Numbered from the stretch's first letter, positions 1 to 12,370 are shown. The stretch is 64,000 bases of DNA from Rebecca billardiae RCC1528 (GCA_965240325.2 OZ251224.1:3844001-3908000); one strand, 5' to 3'. Program-made: numbers and translations. Notes: a model not told the origin generated them from the letters alone.

Positions 1-2
1 CG

Positions 3-239
3 TGCGATCGTGCGCTCGAGCTCGAAGAGAAGTCCGTGAAGGCGTGGTACCGTCGCGGGCAGGCGTGCATGCGAATCCACCAGTACAAGACGGCGCGCAA
101 GAACCTTGTGCGCGCGGCAGAGCTTGAGCCACAAAACCGTGAGATTCGCCGCGAGCTGGAGCGCTGCGCCGCCGAGGCGCAGCAGCATGCCGCACAATTG
201 CTCTCCGGTGAGCAGGCGAGCGGGGCGGATGGGAGCTGA
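3..239 (+). CDS. 3' end of a TPR-domain protein (FKBP/cyclophilin co-chaperone-type TPR), 5'-truncated by the window edge
   Basis: The frame is open from the window start: CDRALELEEKSVKAWYRRGQA...ARKNLVRAAELEPQNREIRREL, a typical TPR helix-pair pattern. Confidence 0.75.
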   Translation, partial: CDRALELEEKSVKAWYRRGQACMRIHQYKTARKNLVRAAELEPQNREIRRELERCAAEAQQHAAQLLSGEQASGADGS

Positions 240-276
240 TGCCGCTACGCAGCAGGGCTCCCGCCGCGCGATAGTA

Positions 277-950
277 CAGGCAGCAAGATTTTGCGGGCAA
301 TATGGAGCTGGATTATCACGCGTTAAGAAACTGCTGCTGGGGCTTATTGCTATCTGCGGATCTGGCCTAGAAAGTGAGACTAGCGATTGGCTGGTTCGCT
401 ATAGCTACGCATAGGCGCACATCACTATTATATAAGAAACCGGGACTAACTATGCCGGTCACGGCTGTGACATGCACGGTGGACAGACTGTGGACTGGCG
501 GCCCGCCGAGCAGCCGCCCAGTGCCCGTGGGCGTGGGACGCGACGCGCGGCCCGACTTGAGCTACGAGTGACACGAGTCTCAGGCCAAGGCCAAGCCTCC
601 CGCCGACTTCTCCTGACTTGACTGACTCCTGACCAGCAGTGCATGCACCGCGCGGCATCCATCTGAATGCAACATCATCATGCCAGATTGAGATTTCGGC
701 TCCAAAATGGCCCAATTGTTTTTCTTCGGCCGACGAGGGTCATCAGCGCCGGACGGGCCTAAAGACTGAGCGGGGGCCCTTGTGCGCTCTGTCCCCCTGC
801 GCCCCGGCGGCCCCGCGCAGGCCTGCGCGGCAGGCGGCGGCCCCGCGCGTGGTCCTAGCTGCTAAGAAATTGCTGCAAGAGTGACTGACTCCGGGTGAGG
901 CGCTCTGGCGCTACCGAACCGGGGCAATGGCTAAGAACTACCGAGACTCA
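277..950 (+). mobile_element. Degenerate, insertion-expanded copy of the MITE at 19920-20433
   Basis: Colinear shared blocks include TGCTATCTGCGGATCTGGCCTAGAAA, CTAGCGATTGGCTGGTTCGCTATA, TAAGAAACCGGGACTA and GGGCCTAAAGACT. It begins TA|CAGGCA like the intact copy. The right TIR is not recognisable. Confidence 0.85.
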
Positions 951-1014
951 GCGCGCCTCAGGAGTGAAGGGTGAGGTTGCTGGGCCTGGCCGATCGCAGT
1001 CTCAGTGCGGACTC

Positions 1015-2037
1015 TTACACTTTACCGTCTCTACCAACCAACGGTTGCGGTGACGACGACGATGCAGCTTCTGCTTCTGCTGCTACCGAGCAACGGTACG
1101 CGACCTCGTCCGTGATGGGTGTAGGCATTTGCCATGTGCGCGTGCCACGGCGGCGGAAGACTTCGTGCATGCGCTGTTGGAAGCGCTCACGCACGCCTGT
1201 TTCGAGCTCGGCCATGCGAGCTGCGTGTACCGCCTCGAGCTTCGAGATGTGTGCCGCAAGCAGCGTTGGGGCTGCATCAGCACCAACAGCGTGCACAAGC
1301 ATCCGGAAGATATTGAACGCGCCCTTCAGCACGTCGTCCTCGTAGTCAAAAAGGTCGTCGGCGATATCCGTGAGCAGCTCGTCAGCGTGCAGGAAAGCCA
1401 CCGTGCGCTCGTCCACTTCGACACCACGAAGCTTGTACACAAGCAAATTCAGCACACGATAGTCGAAGGACTTGAGAGCGCTCGCGTGGAGGACCTCGTC
1501 CGCAGTCATGCCTCGCCCACCCGACACTCGGCCACACAGCGCCCTCTCCAGTGCCCAGAACTGTCGCCCACGCGCCAGCTCGCTCTCGATCCGCTCGTCG
1601 AGGAGACCCCTTGCCTCGAGGACGCCCAAAAGGACGGCGTTCGAGTCTGACGTGTCCTGCCGGATGCTGTCCTGCCCCGCGGCGAGCGAGGCTGCCATGC
1701 TTTCGTTCTCTTCGTCCATGGCGTAGATGAGCGCCTCCACGAAAGCTAGCTCGGGCAGGTATCGCACGATGTCTACACCTTCGAGGCCGTGCAGCGGCAG
1801 GTAGGTGCGCGCAAAGTCATCGAGGGTGCCACGGGTGCGCTCGAGCGACGCAAAAGCGATCACAGGCGTACCCATCACTTTGGCGGCAGCACATTCGCAC
1901 ACGGAGTCGCGAAGCTCGCCTGTGAGATGTGTAGACGCCTTGAAGGCCGGCAGGTCCGCCGCGGCATCGGAGATGATCGCGTCGGCCTCGTGCTGAGCGA
2001 GGCCGAAGCTCACGAGCTGAGCGGACGTGGCAGCCAT
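1015..2037 (-). CDS. Conserved uncharacterised protein with an isoprenoid-synthase-like aspartate-rich motif
   Basis: Long GC3-rich ORF from ATG 2037, with motifs LKSFDYRVLNLL and DIADDLFDYEDD (DDxxD-like). Confidence 0.65.
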   Translation of the reverse strand: MAATSAQLVSFGLAQHEADAIISDAAADLPAFKASTHLTGELRDSVCECAAAKVMGTPVIAFASLERTRGTLDDFARTYLPLHGLEGVDIVRYLPELAFVEALIYAMDEENESMAASLAAGQDSIRQDTSDSNAVLLGVLEARGLLDERIESELARGRQFWALERALCGRVSGGRGMTADEVLHASALKSFDYRVLNLLVYKLRGVEVDERTVAFLHADELLTDIADDLFDYEDDVLKGAFNIFRMLVHAVGADAAPTLLAAHISKLEAVHAARMAELETGVRERFQQRMHEVFRRRGTRTWQMPTPITDEVAYRCSVAAEAEAASSSSPQPLVGRDGKV

Positions 2038-2153
2038 TGCTCCAAACGACACACCGTCAGTCCGGCGGCAAAGCGCGAGGCCAGCCGGAGCCAAGCTTTG
2101 GCGTGCGGGTGAACCTCGGCGTGCCGCGAGGTGGTCTTCCGTTGTCCACTCCG

Positions 2154-3677
2154 ATGCTCGCGCTGTTCGCGGCGGCGTTGTCGTGCACGCGCACGACACT
2201 GGACGGCTTTGTGTGCCAGCCGCAGTACGCGATCAACGGGACGAAGTCGCCCTGGCACTTCGGCGGCGCCACGTGGGAGGGTCTGCGAACGTACAGCGCG
2301 TGTGACCCTCGCGTGCTGGGGAACCTATCGAGCCAAGCCTGGTGTGTCACCGCCAAGACCGGCCACTGGGAGGATGGCTGGGGCGTGTGCTCCCCCGACT
2401 GCTTCGATGACTCGTGCGCGCGCATCACGAAGGGCGGCAAGCGCTGCCACCAGATGTGGCCATACGACGACCTGAGGTCAGTCGCGTCGTGCACCAAGGC
2501 GCGCACGTTGTGGCAGTGGTGCTCGACCTCGTCGACGGGTAAGTGGCAGGACGAATGGGATTGGTGCCAGGCGGACTGCCTCTCGGGCTTCCGCCCCCCT
2601 CCGTCGCCGCCGTCGCCGCCCCCCTCGCCGTACGGCAACTGCCAGCGCGCCACCTCGTGGAACATCCGCTGCCTCGACCGGTGGCACTACGAAGGCCGCG
2701 TGTACAGCCAGTGCACCACGGAGCATTCGACGAATGGGCATGCGTGGTGCATGACCTACGATGAGTACTTCATCTCGGGCCGCACCGACCAGCTGGACAA
2801 CGTGTGGGGCTACTGCAAGCCGGGCTGCTGGTCCCAGGCGCCCACAGAGCCATGCCACAGGTACACGGTCTATGGCAAGCCGTGCCAGGCGGAGTGGGTG
2901 TACGACAACTACCGGCACTTCGGGTGCACGCGCGAGGACTCTGGCGCGGAGTGGTGCATGATGACTGAAGGGGTCCTGAAGCGCTCGCACATCCGCCGCG
3001 GCGTCGACTGGGACTACTGCGCACCCGGCTGCACCGCACCGCCGCCGATGTCGTCGCCGCCACCCCCGCTGCCCCCGGCAGACTGGGAGCCAGGTCACCA
3101 CCCGCGGCACTCTCACACGCACGAGCAGGGCTCGCCGAGCGATGGGGACGGATCGGGGGCGTCGGTGGCTCCGTCTCCACAGCACTCGGCCGCCCGCTCG
3201 CGGATCGCCGCGATCGTGCTCTGTCTCGTCATCATGGCGCTCGCTGCGGCTGTCATGTTCTTCTCGCGCGGTCGGATGGCAGAGGCGGCTGCGCAGAAGC
3301 CAGCCGGCGGCAGCGGCGATGCGGGCGATGCTGCTGCCGTCGGTGCGTCCTATGCTGCCGATCCCCGCCTCGGCCTGGTCGTCAACGGCGACAATGTACA
3401 CCCGTCGTCATCGGACGATCCCGCGCACGGCGGCGCATCGGATCCCGAAGCACCCGCACTGGTCGAGGGGAAGATCATGCTCGGAGTGCCTACGCCCGCA
3501 GCCGACAGCGGCGGTGTCGTCGACCTGGCGGGCTCGGCGCGGCCCGAAAAGCTGACAAAGCCGCCCAGTCCCGCGCGGAGGGGCTACGACACGGCGGCGG
3601 GCGAGTTTGAGGCAGGCAGCGACGGGGAGGTCTTCGGATCGCCAACGGCATCGCCAATGCCGGCACCACCAACATGA
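2154..3677 (+). CDS. Type I membrane protein with four fibronectin type II-like Cys/Trp repeats
   Basis: Signal-like N-terminus MLALFAAALSC. Four repeats of C..W.(Y/F).G..Y..CT...WC.T...W..C...C, Pro-rich linkers, and a TM segment IAAIVLCLVIMALAAAVMFF. Confidence 0.75.
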   Translation: MLALFAAALSCTRTTLDGFVCQPQYAINGTKSPWHFGGATWEGLRTYSACDPRVLGNLSSQAWCVTAKTGHWEDGWGVCSPDCFDDSCARITKGGKRCHQMWPYDDLRSVASCTKARTLWQWCSTSSTGKWQDEWDWCQADCLSGFRPPPSPPSPPPSPYGNCQRATSWNIRCLDRWHYEGRVYSQCTTEHSTNGHAWCMTYDEYFISGRTDQLDNVWGYCKPGCWSQAPTEPCHRYTVYGKPCQAEWVYDNYRHFGCTREDSGAEWCMMTEGVLKRSHIRRGVDWDYCAPGCTAPPPMSSPPPPLPPADWEPGHHPRHSHTHEQGSPSDGDGSGASVAPSPQHSAARSRIAAIVLCLVIMALAAAVMFFSRGRMAEAAAQKPAGGSGDAGDAAAVGASYAADPRLGLVVNGDNVHPSSSDDPAHGGASDPEAPALVEGKIMLGVPTPAADSGGVVDLAGSARPEKLTKPPSPARRGYDTAAGEFEAGSDGEVFGSPTASPMPAPPT

Positions 3678-4159
3678 TGAGACTAAATGCTGTACTCAGA
3701 GACTGTCTAGTTGTGACAGCGCTGCATTGCGTATTAATAATATCGCATGATGCCATCAGGGCCGACTGCGGTCCTATGGGCCTATGGAGTATGCTGCTCC
3801 GGCCTATATTAAATTATTAATTTATATATATATATATATGTACTAGTCAATAGCTAAGCACATTATTCAATATGCAGCGGCTAGTACTAAGTACTGCAGT
3901 ATTCGATGTAGGCTGAACGGTATAGATATATATATACATATATATTCTATCGGAACTTATTAAATGTATATTCGTCATCAGGAATTCCGCCGCCCCTTTT
4001 GCACGGCGGGCTGCGGGTGATCAGACTGGCCGGTGGCCGAAGCCTGTGCATAGCCATATGCAATGGACAATATATGGTCTAATTATATCCCCCACTAACC
4101 ACCGCACCGCTGCGCGACTAACCCGCCAAGCTCACTTACAGGGCAGTGCTCGCGGAGTG

Positions 4160-4161
<2 letters not shown>

Positions 4162-4201
<40 letters not shown>
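4162..4201. repeat. (TA)n microsatellite
   Basis: Read directly from the sequence. Confidence 0.95.
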
Positions 4202-4204
<3 letters not shown>

Positions 4205-4483
4205 CCGTTACGAGACAGTTCGCTTGTACCAGCAGTATTATGGTTACAGGTTAGCATCCGTGAGTAATAATTATCAGTACACTCGGCATCAGTAGTGCTG
4301 GCAACGATATGAGCCGCCGCGTATGATTAAGGCTGGCTCTTAGCTTCATTATGATTGCCTGCTTTTAATAAGTTAACAGGCGCGGCTGCCTTTATCTGAA
4401 ACTTTAAATCGCTCACGGCTCAGACGATGCAGCGGATGCTGGCTTGAGAAGGCCGCAACGGGCCATGCGCACGTGATCACCAA

Positions 4484-5416
4484 CTACCAAGGCAGTTCTT
4501 CACCAAACCGCAGGAAGCAGCCGTTGTGGTAGCGCGGATGGGAGGTGTCGTGCGACGCACCGGCTGGGCCTCCACTTGGCATAGCGTCCGGGTACAGAGC
4601 GTCCAGAACGTGCCGGGCGGCGACGCTAGGAGTGAGGACCTCGCCGGGGCTGACGCCATCGCTGAGCATGTCCGTTGCAACATCGCCAGGGCACACTGCG
4701 TTGATGAGAATGCTCGAGTCATCCCCTTCCTCAGCAGCGAGAAGGCGTGTGGCTCGATTCAGAACAGCCTTGGAGACTGAATACGCTGGCGTCGGTCCGT
4801 GCGCATACTCGAGCTGCTGATCGAATGTGCGCACCAGGCTGTGAACGCACCTCTCCAGCTCCTGCACCGTGCTGCAGGCAAGCAGCTGATCACGAACAGT
4901 TGAGTGTAGATACACGAGCTCGCCATCGCCGCTCGAGACGTTTATAACGCGCCCGTAGCCAGCGTTACGCATCCCCGGGAGCGCGCTTCGTAGCAGACCA
5001 ATCGCGCTGAGGGCATTGACGCGCAGCGCGCGAGAGAGCACGTCGGGCGAGCTGCCACGCTCGCAGACGGCTGCGTTGTTGACGAGCGCCAGCACGGAGA
5101 CACCGAGTACGCGACGTGCGTGCTCGACAAGAGCGTCAAAGTCTGGCTGCCGTGCGTATCTCATGTCAAGCTGGCAGTATACAGCGCCAGCCCTCTCCTC
5201 CATGCTGTCCATCGGGCGAGGTGGTGGTTGACTGCCCGTGAACATGACGCGGTGCCCGCGTCCGACGAGCTCACGGACGATTGCCGCGCCCAAGCCACGG
5301 GTTCCACCGGTGACGATGCATCCTAGGCGCCTGCCAACGATGGACGTATCGACGCAGCGAATCGACTGTGCTAGCGCTGCTAGGACAAGTTGTACGCAGG
5401 CCACGCGGACGGCCAT
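4484..5416 (-). CDS. Short-chain dehydrogenase/reductase (carbonyl reductase-like)
   Basis: TGGTRGLG Rossmann motif, VNNAA, NVSS, catalytic YSVSK, and NAVCPGDVATDM. Hydrophobic N-terminus. Confidence 0.9.
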   Translation of the reverse strand: MAVRVACVQLVLAALAQSIRCVDTSIVGRRLGCIVTGGTRGLGAAIVRELVGRGHRVMFTGSQPPPRPMDSMEERAGAVYCQLDMRYARQPDFDALVEHARRVLGVSVLALVNNAAVCERGSSPDVLSRALRVNALSAIGLLRSALPGMRNAGYGRVINVSSGDGELVYLHSTVRDQLLACSTVQELERCVHSLVRTFDQQLEYAHGPTPAYSVSKAVLNRATRLLAAEEGDDSSILINAVCPGDVATDMLSDGVSPGEVLTPSVAARHVLDALYPDAMPSGGPAGASHDTSHPRYHNGCFLRFGEELPW

Positions 5417-5502
5417 CGTACAGGCCTAAATAACCCGTGGCACAGTGGCACGCCGGGTGGACGCGAGTCCTTGACCGTGTTCAGTGTGGCCGTCCCGCGT
5501 CC

Positions 5503-6619
5503 CAAGGGGAGTCAGGGTACAGCACGTCCACCGTTGGGCTGCAGCTGGAGCTTGGGTACAAAAGCTTCCCGCGGCGCAGCGGCACTCGCCGCCGCCGCCG
5601 CCGTCGAGGGGCGGTTGTGGCGCGCACGGCGTGAGCCGCTGCGGGCGCTGAGGTGCGCGCGACGGCGGCGCGCCCGGCGGCGCTGCTGTAGGAGGCCACT
5701 GCCCTCCTCTCTGCCCCGCGCGCTTCGCTCGTCGTCGCCGTCTCCGCGCCTGCGACTCAGCGCGCACGCGAGCGCGGCACCGCCCGGCAGCCGGGGCAAT
5801 CTCTGCCGTGACTGCGCATGTGCGTCGCGACCTGGTCGGCCCAGCGCGCGAGGCGCGTGCGGGCGAGGTAGGGCCAGTATGGGCGCGCGCCATGCCGCCT
5901 CGACCTTGCGCCCGTGGGCATGTCGCGGGCCTTGCACCTCTGTCGACAACGTTGACAAACAATGCGGCACCCAAGCGCAGACGTCAGTGTGCACGATCGA
6001 GGCAGTAGGCGTACAGACGCGATAGTTGCAGAGCTTTTTGTGATCATGCGAGTCATACATTGTCAGTGACTCTCGCCCAGGTCGTCTGCGCGCTGAACTG
6101 ACGTTTTGACTGAGTGCCTCGAGATCGCCTCGACGATGGCCCGTGCATTGCTTGAACACAGTCCAAGCGGCCAACCAGACACACGTGCTCAGTTCCCTGT
6201 TGTACGCTCTGATGGGCTTACTTGAGGCGGCATGGCGCGCGCCCATACTGGCCCTACCTCGCCCGCACGCGCCTCGCGCGCTGGGCCGACCAGGTCGCGA
6301 CGCACATGCGCAGTCACGGCAGAGATTGCCCCGGCTGCCGGGCGGTGCCGCGCTCGCGTGCGCGCTGAGTCGCAGGCGCGGAGACGGCGACGACGAGCGA
6401 AGCGCGCGGGGCAGAGAGGAGGGCAGTGGCCTCCTACAGCAGCGCCGCCGGGCGCGCCGCCGTCGCGCGCACCTCAGCGCCCGCAGCGGCTCACGCCGTG
6501 CGCGCCACAACCGCCCCTCGACGGCGGCGGCGGCGGCGAGTGCCGCTGCGCCGCGGGAAGCTTTTGTACCCAAGCTCCAGCTGCACCCAACTGGACGTGC
6601 TGTACCCTGACTCCCCTTG
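5503..6619. mobile_element. Non-autonomous foldback DNA transposon with ~400-bp TIRs and a 7-bp TSD (P-superfamily-like termini)
   Basis: Arms 5503-5901 and 6224-6619 are near-perfect reverse complements with ends CAAGGGG...CCCCTTG. CGCGTCC is directly repeated at 5496-5502 and 6620-6626. Confidence 0.85.
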
Positions 6620-6870
6620 CGCGTCCGGCAAGGTCCTGCGCAGCGCGGCGCGCGCTCGCAAGCTGAAAGCCTGTAGGGAAGCCGGACCTTTTCAGCCGGG
6701 CGGCCCGGCCCGGCTGACTTTGAGGACCTCGTTTCGCGTCGTCCTTCGACCTTTGCCCTTCGGCGATCGACGAATGAGCACAGGACGAGGAACCAGCAGG
6801 GTGGTCTGACGACCTCAACTTTCGTCATCTGCGCCGGCCACAGCCCCACGAGCTTGGCTTCGCGCTGGTG

Positions 6871-7677
6871 ATGCTGGGGGCCACGGGAAGGTGGGCCGAG
6901 GTTGCCGTTGGCATGGTCGTGGGCGTGGCTGTTGCTCTCACTGTCCTCCCATCGCGTACGCCGCTCGTCTCCAACTTCTCACGCCGCGAAGATCGCCGTG
7001 AAGGTCATGCAGGCGACAAGCACGGCCAGATCGAGGTCTGGCTGAACTACGAGGAGCATCTTGAGAAACACAAGGATCGCCATCGCCACCGCCGTCATCA
7101 CGTCAGCGAGAGCAAACCACTCGATTGTGGCACGTTCACAAATACGACGGGACGCAAGTGTGCTGCGAGTGATCTGCTGGAGACGCCAGTCGGGAACGCA
7201 TCGGCTTGCGCGCAGTGGTGCAACGCCTACTTCAAGTATGGCTGCTGCGAGTTCGCTCCGGAGGGTGACGGGACTGAAAACGGCCCCGTGTGCGCGTGGG
7301 CAAACGCGCATGCGCTCAACGCGTCGCAGCTTGCTGCCTCCGGGACGAGCGTCGTGAGTGGTCACTTGGCATTCAACATGTGCAGTCCAATGGCCATGGC
7401 ACCCACCGCACTTGGGGTGGTTGGGCTGGCCCCACAGCACACAGAACACGAGCCGCCGCCAACACCGGCGTCGCCCCCGTTGGCTCCCCCGCCGCTGCCG
7501 CCATCGGATCTGTCGCCAGTGGTGCCACGGGCGTTCACGGGCAACGTGAGCCAGTGCTTCCGCGCGTCGTCCATGTCCTCCGGGTGCCTGGCCACAGCCC
7601 AACAGTGCCTGCGGATGCCGAAGGCTGTGCCGATGGCAGTGGCTCTCGCATGGGCTAACGCGCCGGGCACGCGCTGA
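6871..7677 (+). CDS. Hypothetical membrane-anchored or secreted Cys-rich protein
   Basis: N-terminal hydrophobic segment, His-rich patch, PAN/apple-like Cys cluster (SACAQWC...GCCEF...CAW) and a Pro-rich tract. Confidence 0.55.
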   Translation: MLGATGRWAEVAVGMVVGVAVALTVLPSRTPLVSNFSRREDRREGHAGDKHGQIEVWLNYEEHLEKHKDRHRHRRHHVSESKPLDCGTFTNTTGRKCAASDLLETPVGNASACAQWCNAYFKYGCCEFAPEGDGTENGPVCAWANAHALNASQLAASGTSVVSGHLAFNMCSPMAMAPTALGVVGLAPQHTEHEPPPTPASPPLAPPPLPPSDLSPVVPRAFTGNVSQCFRASSMSSGCLATAQQCLRMPKAVPMAVALAWANAPGTR

Positions 7678-8053
7678 GGGCTCAGGTGGGCGGATACGCG
7701 CGCGCCATATATCGTCATCAGTTATTTGATATGTTTTTAAAATAATAATCCGGTCAATTAATACGGCTCAGACTTTTCAGACTCTACTGAGAGAAGCCTC
7801 GGTACGACCGTTCCAGATCCGCGAGCAATGACGATGATTGATGAGCATCGTCGTCGACCGACCCGGTCCCGTGCCAGGGGCATGCAAGAGAGTACCGTAG
7901 CGAAAGTGATACGTATACTATTACTAGTTACTACTATATTACTAGCTGTATAATCGACGACTCAGAGAAGTGCGCGCGGTTATTAGCAGCCGATACGGCG
8001 CCACACTCAGTACGGTTACGCGTGACTACTACGCGCCGTGGGCATCATCGCCA

Positions 8054-9352
8054 TCACAGTGAATACACGAGTAGATACTCGGGGATGGCCGCCGCCTCAT
8101 CGTACACAACGAGCTCGTCATAGTTGAGATTCGCGCCGACCTCTCCCACGACCGAGTTGAACCCATCTGGCGGCAACACGTCCAGCTCAAGCTCACCCTC
8201 GTGCGTGCAGAACGCGCGGCCCGCGGCCACGCTCGCAACGAGCATACAGCGCCACGCGCGACCAGCGCGCCAGCGCTCCGCCTCCCATGCATAGTCGTTC
8301 GATTTGCCCGAGGTGGCGCTGAAGTAGAGGCCGTGCCCGTATCGCAGGCCCAGCCTGCGGCCTGCATTGGGGCCTGTGCCCGCGCGTGTGAGGCTGAAGC
8401 CGTGCTGCATGATGCCACACACACGGCAGGCCGCCTCCGTGCACGGCGCGGCTGCGAGGTCAATGCCGAAGCTGCACGCCCGCGCGAGACTGGTGCCGTG
8501 GAATCGGCGGCGCACGTTGCCCACGCGCGCCGCGTACGCGTCGAAGCGCTCACGGACGCGTGCGTCGGCCACGATGCGGTAAACGCGCTCAACGCGCGGC
8601 GCGCGGAGGCCTCTTGGCACCGGCTTGCGCCATGCCGCGCCGAACTGGTCGATGAGCGGCTGGCGGTCGGCCGATGCACGCGTGAGCAGGAGGCACGCGT
8701 AGGTGCCCGAAGGCGCGCAGAATGCGCGCTCGATGTCATCGGACGGCGGCGGCAGCAGCGAGCGCGCGCGTGCGCTGCTGTGATGCTTCGGGCAGCAGAA
8801 GCCAGCGTGCGCGCCACGGTCGACGGGGGGCTGCACGCAGCCGGGTAGGCCGCAACGCCTGCTCCCCCGCGGGATCTGAGAGTGGTCCGACTCAATGTTG
8901 GACGCTGCCCGTCGCGCGGCCTCGGCCGCCTCCTCAGCGTCGTGCAGAGAGCGCGCAATCGCAAGGTCGATTTCGAGCTGCTCTTGGTCATCCTTGGCCG
9001 CGCTGCGACTCCTGTCGACCGCAGCGAGAGAGGCAGCGCCGACCGCTGCAGGGGCCGATCCGTGCACGCGTGGTGCTTTGCGCCGGGGCTGCTGAAGTTG
9101 GTCGTCGCCGCTTTCAGCATCCTCCAACGACCGAGCAATCGCGAGGTCTATGGCGAGCTGCTCCTCCGTAGTCGCACCAGGGGCGGCATCTATTGGAGCG
9201 AGAGAAGGCGCATGCACACGCGGCCTTTTCTGCTGAGGCTGCCGCGATTGCTCCTCTCGGTCCTCGGCATCTTGCAAGGACCTGGCGATGGCAAGGTCAA
9301 GGTCATCGGCGTCGGTGGCCGCAGCGGCCATCGTGAGCACGCCCGACAGCAT
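8054..9352 (-). CDS. PARP-like ADP-ribosyltransferase with three UIM-like repeats and a Cys/His finger
   Basis: Catalytic motifs RRFHGTS, YGHGLYFSATSGKSNDYA and LNYDELVVYD (H-Y-E). Three (L/I)DLAIARSL repeats. CGLPGC-x11-FCCPKH. Confidence 0.85.
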   Translation of the reverse strand: MLSGVLTMAAAATDADDLDLAIARSLQDAEDREEQSRQPQQKRPRVHAPSLAPIDAAPGATTEEQLAIDLAIARSLEDAESGDDQLQQPRRKAPRVHGSAPAAVGAASLAAVDRSRSAAKDDQEQLEIDLAIARSLHDAEEAAEAARRAASNIESDHSQIPRGSRRCGLPGCVQPPVDRGAHAGFCCPKHHSSARARSLLPPPSDDIERAFCAPSGTYACLLLTRASADRQPLIDQFGAAWRKPVPRGLRAPRVERVYRIVADARVRERFDAYAARVGNVRRRFHGTSLARACSFGIDLAAAPCTEAACRVCGIMQHGFSLTRAGTGPNAGRRLGLRYGHGLYFSATSGKSNDYAWEAERWRAGRAWRCMLVASVAAGRAFCTHEGELELDVLPPDGFNSVVGEVGANLNYDELVVYDEAAAIPEYLLVYSL

Positions 9353-9931
9353 CGTCACTCAAGATGCGGCCGTATATTAATTTTTGCTGGAGATTCCGAT
9401 CAGAAAAGGAGATCAAAAATCGCCACGCGAAAAAACATCATCATCGTCAGACATCGAGAGCAACGCGCGCTTGCTTCAACTGGCAGCATGCATCATCGCG
9501 TTACCTCTGGCCCTCTGCGCTGTCGCGTGACCGCGCGCGTGATTAAATTGTGAGAAGTAGCTCGATCTAATCTGACGACGTCCGGAAGTGCTGATGAGTG
9601 ATGCGTGTGGCTGCCCGTGGCTGGCGGAAAGAGTTTATCACGGAAAGTGGAATGTGGATCGTCACCGTTTGGCCGGCTTGGCCGCCACGGCGACCGAGTG
9701 CAGCAGCCAGTAGGCTAGTGCATGACTGCATGCACGCCGCTCAGGCCGTCGGCAACGCCAACCTTGCCGACGATCGAATATCGATCACGACCGACACCGT
9801 GACGCCACCGTGCCAGACCCAGTGCCGACGCAGCAGTACGGTGACCGCACTCGACACTCCGCGCCGGGGGAAGCAGGGCGCGCAACTGACGCGCGCGCTG
9901 GGGCTTCGACTAGGTTTCAGAGCCATGATCC

Positions 9932-12370
<2,439 letters not shown>

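Noticed and set aside
5390-6849. Paired ORFs with identical peptides on opposite strands
   Set aside because: They arise from the inverted arms of the foldback element. They are low-complexity and have no transposase motifs.
7675-7730. Possible Sec/readthrough at the TGA of the 6871-7677 ORF
   Set aside because: There is no redox motif context, no recognisable SECIS, and the downstream sequence quickly becomes AT-rich non-coding DNA.
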